Shown here piece by piece: positions 32,601 through 46,100 of a stretch of DNA of 64,000 bases (positions within the stretch are counted from its first letter, which is position 1; every line of letters begins with the position of its first letter). The position numbers and the translations under genes were made by a program. Source of the stretch: Podarcis cretensis (Eukaryota); the NCBI GenBank assembly GCA_951804945.1, contig OX638154.1, positions 63,178,001 to 63,242,000 of the forward strand. The letters are read 5' to 3'. The notes under the pieces are model-generated. The model searched no databases. It saw only the letters and a list, made by a program, of their open reading frames with translations, and was not told the DNA's origin.

Positions 32601-35600
32601 CAAAGTTCATGTACAATGGCTGAATGGTAGACCTTCATATAAGGAGTGCAGTTTGACAGGTCAGTGAATGTTTGTGCACATCTGTATGGTTGGTTGTGTA
32701 TATATATCTGAAGCTTTATAGTCATATGTCTCATATGCATTTCTATGTCTGCCACCAAAGTTAATAGCTTAATATTTCATCTACATAGCATAGGATAGTA
32801 AATAATTGGAGAAGTTTGTAGTTTGCCTCCCAAGTATCTATCACACTTGTAGCTCCGGCCTGTGATGCTAAACATGCCAAAAGCTGTATTTTAAAATTCA
32901 CACCCTAATTACAGCCACATATTAACATAAGTGTCTTTGGGGAAACAAAGCATTTTTTTGTTGAGATGAGAAAAAGATCTAATCGTGCAATATTTGTAGG
33001 TCAAATGAATAACTGAGTTCTGACCATTTTTCTTCACAATAAGTAGTATCTCTCTACTAGACAGATTAAAGTCTCACCTGAAGCAAAAACACCCCACAAA
33101 AATCAATACAGCCAAAACTTTGTCTCTTACAAAATAATCTCAAGAGTGGCACAGCCTTCGAGGCAACCAAGGCTGCAATCTTACACTGCGAGTAAGTCCA
33201 GGGTGCGAGCAGTATAATGGGTCCAATGCACTCTATGTGGATTAGGCCTTATGCCCCCTCTTGCAAAAGAGAACACAAATTGATTTAAGCTTTGTATCCT
33301 AATTTGCAGTTTGGTTGGACAACCCCAAAACAAATTAGGGTCACACAAGTAATAAAATGTTTGACAGACTGAATGTGAACAGGTAGAGCTTTTTTCCATA
33401 CCAGAAAAGGCTTCACCTGTTGAATTTTGACCTGCCACACAGCTGTTAAAGACAGCTCTCTGGAAGAGGAGTGGACACAAAGCCTGAGGCTTGCTCAAGG
33501 TCATCCCCATCACAACAAACCATAGTTTATCATGTCATCATAACACAGCCAGTATAAGGCAGATCCCTCTGTTCTTCACAAAAGAGCACCTAAAAAGTGC
33601 AAGGGATGAGGTAGTAACTAACAGGACTAGAGCACTTATTAGCTCTGTTCACCGTGTTAAATGTCAGGCAATATCTTCCCAATTCATCCCACAATTTTTC
33701 CCCGCTGAAAATCTTTTGTTCCTTTTTTAATCTTCTGGGACAACTGGACTGGAACCAAGTCACTACATGGTTGCAGCAGCCCGGACAACCCCCCCCCCAA
33801 AAAAAACACTTTAGACTCAGATACAGTCCGCTAGCCTTCATTTTCCTACCTCTGATCTACACTGGGTGATGATGGGAAACTGGACAAGCTGGACCAAATC
33901 AGGTTGGAAGCAGTACATCAAAGCTGTGTAACAGAGAACAGCACTTTTTAAAGCCTGCAGAACTTTGGTGCTTTGTCTTGCATTGAACAAAAACATTTGT
34001 AAACAAATCTTTCAATCCTGGTTGATTAGGGAAGAGTTGAGTAAAAAGTCTCTTTTAGATCTAGCATTTACTGAAACCCTGCCTAAGAACCAGCAGGATA
34101 AAGGTTCGTTTTGTTTGTATTCACTCCCACAAAATGCTAAAACTGTTAAAAAGTTCCCCTTTGAAATATGCAGAGTGCAACCTACACACACATAAAGCAT
34201 GCTTTGGACAGCAGCAACATGACTAGATTTCATCTCCTGGCAGCTGCTCTCAAGTTTGCTTACATTCTCTTCAAAAAACATTTTGTTTACTGTAAATGCT
34301 AGTCATGGGCAAACAATGGGGCCATTTTTTATGTTGCTAATGCAGAATGATATACTAAGATCTACATAATGCTGCCCATTGACAAAGGAATGTTCTGAAT
34401 TAAGTTGTTTTAAGTAGAGGCTGTTTATGTAAAGTAAATAAATTTCATGCCTTACCATGTGATGATAATGTGACATTCCATCTGTATCAAGCCAAAGAAT
34501 AGTCATAGGTTTCATGTCCTGAGCGTAACTAATTAAAAATAATTATGGAAAACCACATCCAAAAGTAAAAAAGCTAAATAAAGAAGACAGTCTTTCTCCA
34601 GCCTTTATTTTCATTAGGATAGCAGAAGGGATCAAAGTTCCCATTCAAGAAGTATTTATTATATTGTTAACATGCTAAAAGTGCGTCATTTTGACCCATA
34701 TGATTTCAGAGTCATACTAAATTTTCACTGCTTGGGTCATTAGTGTTACAAATTGAAGAAACATTATGATGCAGCATGTTTCACTGTTGTTCTTGAGCAC
34801 AAATAAGGCTATATGGTTGCTTTACTTAGAAAGCAACTAAAGAGATGCTTAGTATACTATGGCACTGGTTTCTGTGGGCTTCATTAGGCTAAGAAGAGAG
34901 TGGGAGAATTTGTAAGCGAAACCAACTTCAGAACGAGTAAGAATTCCACCAAATGAAAATTCCTTAAGCAAACTCGCTCTTCTATCCTGGTTTTCTGCAG
35001 CCCAACTTAACCGATTTTCTAAACTTGCAGCTGTAAGGATTCTTGTATGTGACCAAGATTAGATTTCCCAGCTTAAAATTGGTCACGGATATTCTAGCGA
35101 TTGGTTTCCAGACAGTAGCTTGGATCCAGACTTTGCTCCCATCAGCAAGCTCATCCCCTGCATGGAGTTCACTTGGGGAAAGTGGGAGAGAGGCAGGGCT
35201 GGCCCACCCATACAGCAAGGTGAGGTGACTGCCTCAAGTGGCAAGATCCACAGGGGCAAGATCCACAGGGGTAGACCTGGCCTCCAAGGAATGCATTGCC
35301 CACTGCTGTGGCTGCAGCAACAACACATAGAGCATACTCCTTGGACGCTGGATCTGACACCTCCTCAGCAGCCCCACCCCAGTGCCTTCTCTACAGTGGC
35401 CTCTTGGCGAATAGGAGGTGCTGCTGGTCTTCTCCCACCCTCGTTCCTAGTTCCCATGCACTTCACTCATCCCTTCTTCCTTGGCAGGGGAGAAGCACCA
35501 TTTTGTGCTTCGCTTCAGGTGCCAAAATGTCCTGGGCCGGCCCTGGAGAGGGGACTGTAGTTGATTATTCTTTCTGCTTGCACCCTCTGATAGTTAGGGG

Positions 35601-38600
35601 ATCCTCCGAAAAGAGTAGGGGCTGCAGGGCAAATCAGCAAAATGGCCTTCCCCTCTCTTTCACTGGATCAACTCATCTAAAAAGATTTGAATTTAACCTG
35701 TATATGTTTATTCTGACCTACCCCTCGTATTACAAAGACATGGAAATGGGAAAGTACTGCTTCTATGTGCTATCATTTACATACCTAGATCCATATGTGC
35801 AATTGTTACCTTGGATTTTAAAAGCAATAATCTCATAGCTCTGGTTTATATACACAGGCACCATTCCAACAGATATTAAGTAGGCCTGGTATGTGGCCCA
35901 ATGCAATTTTGTTCCCCTAACCAGTTGTAGTCTTGCATAAACTCAACTCTGTTCCACTCAGAGGCAGTAACTGCCACTGTGATGTTCTAAACTTCAAAGT
36001 TAAAAAAAAGAAGACAATAACTAAGGTCTATATATTACATTAAAGAGAGAAACAGCTCTTTTCAACGATCCTATGAACTGATACAAGGCAATTTTTAAAA
36101 GTACATAATAAGGAGGTGGGGAGAAACCAAGGAAAGAAAGTCATTTGTTTACTCCATGTTAAAGATAAAGAATGAGAAAACACCACTCAACACAACTGAC
36201 ACTTGGCAAGCTAAGTCTTCATCGTTAAAATGTCCTTTATTCTGCTTCTTTTAAAAACTAAATCATAAACCACGAGGGAAAATTAATCTACTTGATCAAG
36301 ATGTGTGGCTGCCTGTCTGGCATCAAGAACACACTGCTGAGCTACAGAGATTTCACTTCATATCGATATAAATGCTAAATGACTTCAAGCTTAGGAGGAA
36401 GTATTGCCTTGAGTTTAAGGCACAGGACCAGGAGTCAGCTGTCGTCTCATTTCATACTTTACCTGGGAGGGCAGACAAGCCACTCATCTTTTCAGCATTT
36501 AACCACAACTTTGTAGTAAAAGACACACAGGCACCTTCTCTGTACCAGCTGGTGGGCTGGTCTATATTCATACCCCAAATGTGCTTACCTAGCTGGCACA
36601 GTGCCAAAGCTCTCATTTTACTACAGAGCTTTGTTACTACATTTCTGAACATTTTGGGGAAAGGCTACAATGGGACAGAGTTACCCACTCGCACAGAGGA
36701 AAGAACAATTCCTCCTGGGAGAGCCACTGACTTACATGACCCCGGTATACATGGCAGAACAGTAAAATGGCATGGATGTTGTAAACTCATCTGCAAGGCT
36801 GGTGCGTTGCATGATAACACAATGCGCATTTAGAAAAGTGTTTTTGGAAACTCAGTCAAGTTTAATTTAAAAGCTTAAAAAAAAAAATCTGCCAAAGGGG
36901 TCGGTGTTCCACAGGATTTCATGGAAGTAGCTGGTATATTTAATCTGCTCGAAAGCTCATTCTAAGCCACTCATTCGCAGAATACCAAAACCATAATGTG
37001 CCTGTTCTCCAAGAGATGCCTATGCCCCATATCAGACAAGCCGTGACGTCAATGATGCGCTTCCTCTGTTTAATGCAAGGCATGTTCTTAAGCACCTCGC
37101 CGAAATGGGACTTTGTAAAATAGAGATCATATGTCTCTGGGATGTGGCAAGGCTGTATTCATAAATGTTTGCAAAGTACGCTCAGGTCCTCCGGTAATAG
37201 ACACTAGAGAAATATTATTATCATTATTAAAGCCTTGAGATACATCAAGGCTTTATAGTTCACTCAAAAGCCTACACCTAAGACAAGGGGATGTGGATAA
37301 GGAAGAAAATGTAAAAAAATAAAAAATAAAATAAACATGGAGGCAGTTCATATCCAGATAGTTAAATAAGGATTCTTCTCAAACTAGTAGGGTGCTCATA
37401 TGCCAATACCAAGAACAGTTCTGACTACCATCCTGTGCCCAGTAATGGGGCTCAACCTTTCCCGAAAGCCAGAGCTGAGGCCAAACCATGTGGGGAAAAA
37501 GGAGAGAACAGAACATCTGCAGAGTGCATTCTCCTAACCACTGCATAGATAACTCTGTCCAACATGCATGGATAGCTCTGCCTCCCAGGAGCTGAGTGCA
37601 ACACCCACACAGACCGAGGGGGAGCGAGGAGTTGACATAACCCACAAGAGTTCCATCATTCTCACCACAAGGCCAGTATGCTCTGGATCTGGATTTGAGT
37701 ATTTGTTCTTGGTTCTGGGCCAGAAAGACAGAATAGATATGTTGCTGGTGAACTGCCCACAAAGCTGCTTCATTGAGCTAATGGTGAAGGCGAATTAATA
37801 AATACCCCTTAGGGACACTGTATGAACACCTTAACATAAGATAAATGCTGGTGTCCATTTCACCTTGTGTGCAGGCAAGCAAATCACTTAGCAATTGTGG
37901 CTTCCTATCTTTTGCAAACACTTCAAAATAGAGAGGTATGTATCTGTCACCCGTTATGGCAGACGGCTGGTTCTCCTCCACTGCAGCTCCTTCTGGTGTC
38001 ACAGCCAACAGAAGTGCAACTGATGTCCCCCCTTGGAGCCATGCCTTTTCTGCAATTGTACCCTTTATATGGAATCATTTTCCTCCTGAACGTAGGCAGG
38101 CAGGCACCATCTTTTATTCTTTTTCGGCATCTCTTTAAACCTCACTTATTTAACCAGGACTCTGAAGATGTGCAATTCCACTTTTTGTTCTTACTCCCCC
38201 CCCCCCCGCCTACTGCAGCTGAATTTTAGCCTGTATACTGTTGTGTTTTTTAATAGTTTATCATTTTTATCTTGCTTATTTTTAATATGAACACCACCGG
38301 GAGACTTCAGTAAAAAGGTGGTATATAAAAACATATCAAATAAATGCATTTTTAAAATGCATAGTTTGTTCAGTTAGGCACTTTTGTAATCTGAAAGTGG
38401 CGGGTGGGGGGGAAGTCTTTATCTTGCCAACAGCTTAAATGTCATACAACCAAAGAGAGGGCAAGAGACCTAATTTTGCTGAAAAGAACACAAATCTGAT
38501 ACGGTCTCTTGCAAAGGGCCTTTTCAAGTCTTTCAGAAGAAATTTGCTAAATGGACCCCTTTGACAACTCTTTGCCATCAAAACAAATAATATGGGGGAG

Positions 38601-41070
38601 TTACCTTGGGCAGGCTGTCTTGCATTGGTTCGTCTTAGCAGCTTTCCTGCTTGCTTTACTGAGGAATAAAATATATTTAGACATTGTGAGAACTCTACTC
38701 ATGTGATGCTAATATAGAAAAATGGTACAAATGTGTTTTTTCTCTAACGTTCCAGGAAATTTTTCAATTAAAGAAAATACTGGATTGAATTCATAGTTCC
38801 TCAAGCAGAGTTCTACTCCCAGAATAGGGCACTCCCAGATCTCTGCTCTCCCTTTCCCCTGCAAACCTTTTTACATCAGAAAAATCAGAAGAAAACAATC
38901 ACCTCCCTTTTTCTCACACACACTTCTGTAGACAAAAGTTCTGCTAAATCTTTTTGGACATGGCTAGCAGCAGAGTGCAATCCTAAACACACTTACTAGG
39001 GAGCAAGTCCCATTGAATACAGTTTCTTCTGAGTAAGACACACTAGATTGTTAGGCCAAAAGTAAAACTAATGATATCCCTCAATACCTTCATTGAACAA
39101 CAGGCTCAGGACACAACACTGTAGCACCTAACTTCTCACCCAAGTTGATGAGGAACCATTAGTGGGAAGTCGGTTTAGTCAGTCAACCAGCTACAAATCC
39201 ACCTAACACTTACCTCATCCAGCCCACATTTTAACAGCTTCTCTGCAATGTTATTATGCAGGACTTTGTCAAAAGCCTTATTGAAATCAAGATACGCTAC
39301 ATCCACAGCATTCCCCTGATCCACCAAGCTTGTAATGCCATCAAAAAAAGAAAAAAGAAATGAAATTGGTCCAGCATGACTTGTTTTTGAGAAGCCCACT
39401 CTGGGTCTTAATAATCATAGCATCCTTTTCTAAGTGTTCACAGACTGATCACTTAATTATCAGTTCTAGGCCAAGCAAAACACTCAAAGAGGATGTGAAA
39501 CAGGCTGAAGGGCAAGGGCATGATTTTGGGAGAGTCAAGAGGGCCAGACAGAGGCTTGGAGGGCCACATTTGGCACTTAGGCCTCAGGCTCCCTACTCCT
39601 GCTTATAGTAACTTGGATATAGAGACCTGTAATATAAATTCACTTGAGTTATACCAAGAGTCATCTGTATTGTTACCACTTATCAATTATTTGTTTGCTT
39701 AATTATGTTGCTTAATATGAAGTACTCAATATGGAAACTGTATTTCTGCAATACGTAATATTTCTAGGACACCTAGGCATGCTCATGTAAAACAAAGATT
39801 AAATATGTGAAAGGATGCATATTAATTCTTTCACAAAAAAGGAAATTATGAAAAGTCCTTCTTACTTAGCTTTCTGGTTTTGCTCACTTCGCTTTTCAAG
39901 TTTCCAGCAGTCTCTGAAACACCGATAATATTTTCAAGCTCTCTGGTGCCCTCTAAAGCCTGAAAAAAAAAAATTTTTAAAAAAAAGCTAAATCTTAATG
40001 CCAAATCTTCTAACAAAACAGAACTCTTAAAACCTCCCACTCTTTCTGCATCATTAGTTTAAATGGCTGAAAAAAATTCTATATTACTAACATTTGATAT
40101 TAGAAATGGAATGCTTCTGTATGCACAGTACGATCAACAGGTGTGAAGTTGGAAGCCTTGTCGCATCCCCACAATCTGAGCACATTATCGCTGAAGGACA
40201 CCAGCAGGCTGCCACTTTGCCTTTTCAGACTGTTTGCTTGCCTGAATCCTGGTCAGTTCCCCTAGTTTACCCCAACCACTCTGTATCCGGCCATGCCTTT
40301 CAATCAAAGGAAGTGTTGCCCTGACTTTGGCTTCTAGCCTGGACCACAGAATCCATCCCAGTCTACCACCTCTGCTTTCTTTCCAGCCCTTAGGACATGA
40401 CCCCACCAGGATTCAGGTACAGAGTGGCGGGCAAAACAGGTGCCCTTAGGATACTCATAGGTGTTACCTCGTGGGGCAAATAGCAGCTGAAGAGGGGCAG
40501 TTTAAACCAGGAAACAGATATAAGGGAAAGTGTTAACACGCTTTAAAAAACAAAAAACAAACAAAAAAAACTGTGGGAGATGCATGATCAAACTCCAGAA
40601 TCACACCTAGTTTTATCCTCAAAGTGGAATCAGAAAACCAACTATCTTGCTGGGTACGGGGTGGAGACTGACCTGAGAGAACAACAGTAGCTAATAAAAA
40701 TATAGGTATTGTCAGATGTGGGCAAACTTTTTGGCCCAGTAGGCCAATTAGTTATCTGTCCCGAGGGCTAACTTCCACCCACCTGTCAAAGTCTCTTGCA
40801 TAACACTTTCCAAGTGCCCATCTGCCAGGTGGTTGTCGGATGCCTGGGGACTGCAGCGCAAGGGCTTTCTGCAGAGATAAGCTGCACAATCATGTTGTCA
40901 GCTGCACAGATGATCCAGCTGCATCTCTACCTGCCCCGCACATGATGTCACATATGAAAAGTACGCTAGGGAAAACAGCCTTGCAAGCCAAATTTGATCG
41001 GTGGACCAGAAGTTCCCCATCCCTGCTCTATAATGAAGATTGCAACAATTGAGAAAAAGAAAGAAAGAAA

Positions 41071-41126
<56 letters not shown>

Positions 41127-43153
41127 ATCAAGGATCAAGATGGGGGAGAACAGACCTGTAAATTGGTTAGGTTTTGTCTGATTTTCATAAATCTGGCCAC
41201 AGAATCTTCAACTTCAGACTGCAGTATTAATAGTCTTAAGGAAAGAGGGAAACAAGGAATTATTTAAATTGATGGCATAATTTCTGAAACAAGAACAAAA
41301 ATGAATAAAAACCAAGTAACAGTGATATAGCTTTGCCGGCAACATCCCTCCCCAGGCTGTGAAATACTGTAACTTGTTGGTATATAACAGGTAAATAAGT
41401 CTAGGGTTTATCGTACATCAGCCACTAGCGAAATGCACACATTTCTAGCATGTCTAATTATACTAATTTCCCATCATTATCTTACCTCCTCCCTAAACTC
41501 CAGCACAGAGAGTCAGTTCCACCCACTTCCCATGGATAGTGCAAAGAAACCCATCAATATTCCTGCAGAAGATTCCAGCCCAGCCCAGTCCTACACATGG
41601 GACTCTTTAGGACAGGGTTTCCCAAACCTAGGCCTTTGGACTACAACTCCCATCATCTCTAGCTAGCAGTACCAGTGGTCAAGGATGATGGGGATTGTAG
41701 TCCAAAAACGGCTGGAGCACAAGTTTGGGAAGCCTTGCTTTCGGAGACAGTAAAAAGCAGATCATGAATGGAAGGGGGGGAGAGAAGTAGAAAAACCAGT
41801 AGGATCATCCAAAAAGGCTAGAGAGTGCACCAGAAGCACAAGATTGCATGAATAAATAAAGCAAAAGGATGAAGGCAGATTAACTAGCAATGTAACTTTT
41901 TCTCTTATAGAACAGATCTTAACTGGAGTGGCATAAGCCTGAAACAACTGAAGCAGTGCCGTGGTACCAGGCACTTCATTGAATAGACAGACAAACTGTA
42001 TAGAATAAATTCTGGGAAAACTGGCTGCCATTTCTAAAATACTGTCAGGAAAATAATTACCTCCCACAAAAACAAATTCAAGTAGGTTTTGATTATTATT
42101 TTTAGAAGAATTTTTGTGATTTTATGTTAATCTGCATTTACCTGTGTAACGTTGTGATAGAAAACAAACATTTCTTAAGGTTTTTTAAAACTCAGTTTTG
42201 TTGATAATTAGTAATTGCAAAAGGACTAAATAAAAAATACTCCCCAATATTGCTACAGCAGAAACAGCTTTCCCAGAGGCTCTGTTGCAATTAAATTTGT
42301 GCCTCTCCATGGTTAGTTTAAACTATAGAATTAGGTAACATTACTTTTCATAATCTTCCATTTCAGGATGCCCCCTTCTGGGAGATCTGATTAGCAAGTT
42401 ACTACGTTTCTCTCTGTTTCCTAGGAATAAGACAATCAAGAAATAAGAATTAACACACTATAACCATCCTGTAGTTGAAGATAAAAATCAAAATAGTATA
42501 AAGATTTACCATCTTCTGCACAAAAGATAAACATTAACTATTTTCTCTATTCCCACCCCCTTTTGATTACAAATGCACTTTAACTTGACATTTAATTAAT
42601 TACAGCGTTTCCATTATAAACATCTTATGTTAGAAAGGAAAGCTACAAATACAAAAATAGAAATGGTAAAGTTAATGCTACGACTACTACTACTACTAAC
42701 AGATTTAAGAGGTTAAAAAATTCCCAACATTCATTTCACTCCATAGCAATGTAAGATTGTTGGCAAATGCAATATATTATGTATTATTAATTTGGATGCT
42801 AGGTATATGAAAATATATGAAAGAACATGCTCAATAGCCACTATAATTTCCATTTGAAATTATTTCTTTACTAACCAAAGTTAAATAGCTGCCCCATAAG
42901 ATCAAACTCACGAAAGACACAGAACAATTGAAAACACTACTCTGAAGGATCCTATGTAGTAACATGAGAATGGTGCAAGGGACTGCAAGAGAAAAGAGTG
43001 AGGATGCCATCCTTGCCCAATATGCTAGTGGGGGCCTGCAATAGATCCCAGCGCTCCCTGCTAACAGAATGAGCCCTTCCATTTGCAGAGGGTTAGTTGC
43101 TATGCAGTGCAATTTGCCTTAATATTGTTCTCTGTACATATCAATGTTCAACA

Positions 43154-43184
<31 letters not shown>

Positions 43185-46100
43185 GAATGAGATTTAACTG
43201 GATTTTGTATTCGATCTCATTGCGAAGGCTCAAGGATAGAGGACAGACCAAAACAAAGAGTGTAAATGAAAAAGCCCTTAGGGATATGGGGATATATGTG
43301 CGTGTGTATGTGTTTCAGGTCAAAATACATTTAGTGTAATAACAAGTGCAACTTGTATAATTGCACTTATACATCTATCAACAATAAAGTAGTGTAAACA
43401 CTGTTGCAAGATAAAAAGAAAACATTAAATACATAGGAGACAACTCAGATATCTACGTCCTTACCACCATTTTGTAGCTTGGTGAAACTAGAAAAGGAAA
43501 GCTATTCCTACTTTACTGAATAATTATCCATCTAAATGTCAGCTGCGGACACGTGATCTCTCTTTTTATGTGCAAAAGGACTGTTCCCTTATGCCCATAT
43601 TTAATTACAATATGGAAATATAGCACACACTCACCTTTGCCTTTGACATCCCGGCACACAGGCGTTTTACTCCTTCAGGCATTTCCCCCCTTTTTTTTGT
43701 CAGAAATGGCATGTGAAAAAAATCCAACAGATTTTTTTTCCTGTTTCACTTTCTCCCTCACACACAAACACAGAATCACATATGAACAGCGAAAGCAAAA
43801 CTCATATAATATCATCAATAAAAGATTGGCTTGGGAAGTGGGGAGATAACAGCATTTGTAGTTTTCAAGCTGTATGTACACTTCACTGCTTTAAAATGTC
43901 AGTCAGTTTTCAGTTAACAGGGCAGAATCAGCAGAGCAAAGATGTGCTTTCACAAATGGTCATATTGTGTTTTTTCTCCTTCAAGCAACTGGCTGCTTTG
44001 TGTAAAATGGCTGCATTTTGCAAAACGGCCTGTGATATGCAATCAAATACAGATAGCGTCTCACTAAAAGTATCTAGATCAAGTAATATGGATTCCTAAA
44101 CCAGGTCCTCTACTTCCTCTTCTTCACCTCAACAGTAACTCCTTTCTTGCATTATTCTGTGAAATTAAATCACAATGCATTTCTCATCTCATGCTAAAAC
44201 AACAACACCCAAATTATTTGAGGGCAGGAGCAACACTTTAGTATACCTAGAAGACTGTTAGGTTTTCAAGTACTGGCAAAATGTATTTGGTTCCGAAGGA
44301 CAGGAAGCAGAGAGTAAGGCTAAATGGACACTTCTCCCAGCAAAGGGATATAAAGTTAAACTGTGGAATTAACTAGCGCAAGTAGTAACACCCACCAACT
44401 TCAAAAAAGGTTCCAAACAGATGGAAGATAAGGTTATCAATGGCTATATACTGCCTCCATGATCCCAGGCCCCATGCCTCTTAATACCAGTTGCTGGAAA
44501 ACAACAATGCAAATCAGATATTGTCCTGCTTTTGGCATCTGGTTGGTCACTGTGGGAAAAGGATGCTGGACAAAACAGGCCACTGGTCTGATCCACTAGG
44601 GCTCTTCTTATTTTCTTATGAGATAAGCGTTTTGATTTTTTTAAAATTATGCCTTGTTGAACACCAAGATGCATAGAGAACAATATTAAGGCAAATTGCA
44701 CTCGATAGCCACTAGCCATCTGCAAATGGAAGGATGCCTTCTGTTGACAGAGAGAGGCGGGATCCAGTAAAGATTCCCAAGTGGAAGATCCTTCAGGGCA
44801 GATTTTCCACAAACAAAAGTGGAGGGGAGAAGAGGGAACCATACTATTCCCCTTCTGCTTGTAGAAGTGCTTCATGAGTGGAACGGATGCTCCCACCAAT
44901 GATGACTTAGTTGAGATATAAACTTTTGTGCTACCATGTTCTGCAAATGTTCACTGTAAAGAACTTGCATAAGCCTGAAAAAGATTGTGCATGTATGATG
45001 ATGTAGACTGACGGTAAAAGGTTAGAAGATTTGCACAAGATCAGACACACAGACAAATTAATGCAGGGTTCAGCATTATTAAAATATGATTAGCCATCAT
45101 TACATGGCTCAGTGTTAGAGCATATAATTTGAATGCAGAAGGTCCCAGGTTCAATCCTCACCATTTCTTATCAGGGCTGGGTGGGATCCCTGCCTGAAAC
45201 CTTGGAGATCTGTTGCCAGTCAGTGTAGTCACCACTGAGCTAGGGGGACCGACGGTCACCCTATACACAAGGCAGCACCCTCAGTTCCATTGTACAGGGC
45301 AGGTAAGACCTTCTTTACTTTCCCCAATACAGATGCCAAACCTGTTAAATGTTATCATAGCAAGTTTCAAAGGGCAGGGAACTAGTAACAGCACAAACTC
45401 GCTGGATTAACAAACTCTGCCCACTCTACACAGTGAGAAATTTGGTTCCATTAAATTCAATGCCTGATTCCAGTTGTGTAGCTGGGGGGGGGTCGCACTG
45501 GGCCAGTACGTTTCCAAGCACAATTCAAAGTGTTGGTGCTGACCTTTAAAGCCCTAAACGGCCTCGGTCCAGTATACCTAAAGGAGCGTCTCCACCCCCA
45601 TCGTTCAATGCGGACACTGAGGTCCAGCGCCGAGGGCCTTCTGGCGGTTCCCTCACTGCGAGAAGTGAAGTTACAGGGAACCAGGCAGAGGGCCTTCTCA
45701 GTAGTGGCACCCACCCTGTGGAACACCCTCCCACCAGATGTCAAAGAAATAAACAACTCTCTGACATTTAGAAGGCATCTGAAGGCAGCCCTGTTTAGGG
45801 AAGTTTTTAATGACTGATGTTTTAAGGTATTTTTAATCGTTTGTTGGAAACCGCCCAGAGTGGCTGGGGAAACCCAGAGTATAAATAATAAATTATTATT
45901 AATTATTATTATTATTATTATTAGGGCAGCACTTACCTTGGGGGCGGCACACCGAAGCCCAAGATGACGCCCAAGTCCAGGTGCCCCGGAGCACAGCGTG
46001 CTGCTCCCCAAAGCACCACAGCCCAGGGCTGTGCTTACAGGGTGTTGAGCTGCTGCATTTCCCCTAGCTGCCAGAGGGCGGCCGAGAAGGACGCAAGTGG

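Noticed and set aside
33072-33091. Recursive-splice-like tttttgcttcag|GTGAGA on the ITGB3BP strand
   Set aside because: The intron is only about 9 kb and such motifs occur by chance; no supporting evidence.
27071-34519. Other candidate last coding exons for ITGB3BP (about 27071..27116, 32512..32567, 34012..34070, 34456..34518)
   Set aside because: 29629..29681 has better splice sites and clear similarity to the CENP-R C-terminus.
41235-41243. U12 branch-like TTCCTTAAG in ITGB3BP intron 4
   Set aside because: It is the U2 acceptor itself, and the intron's donor is GTAATG, not RTATCCTT.
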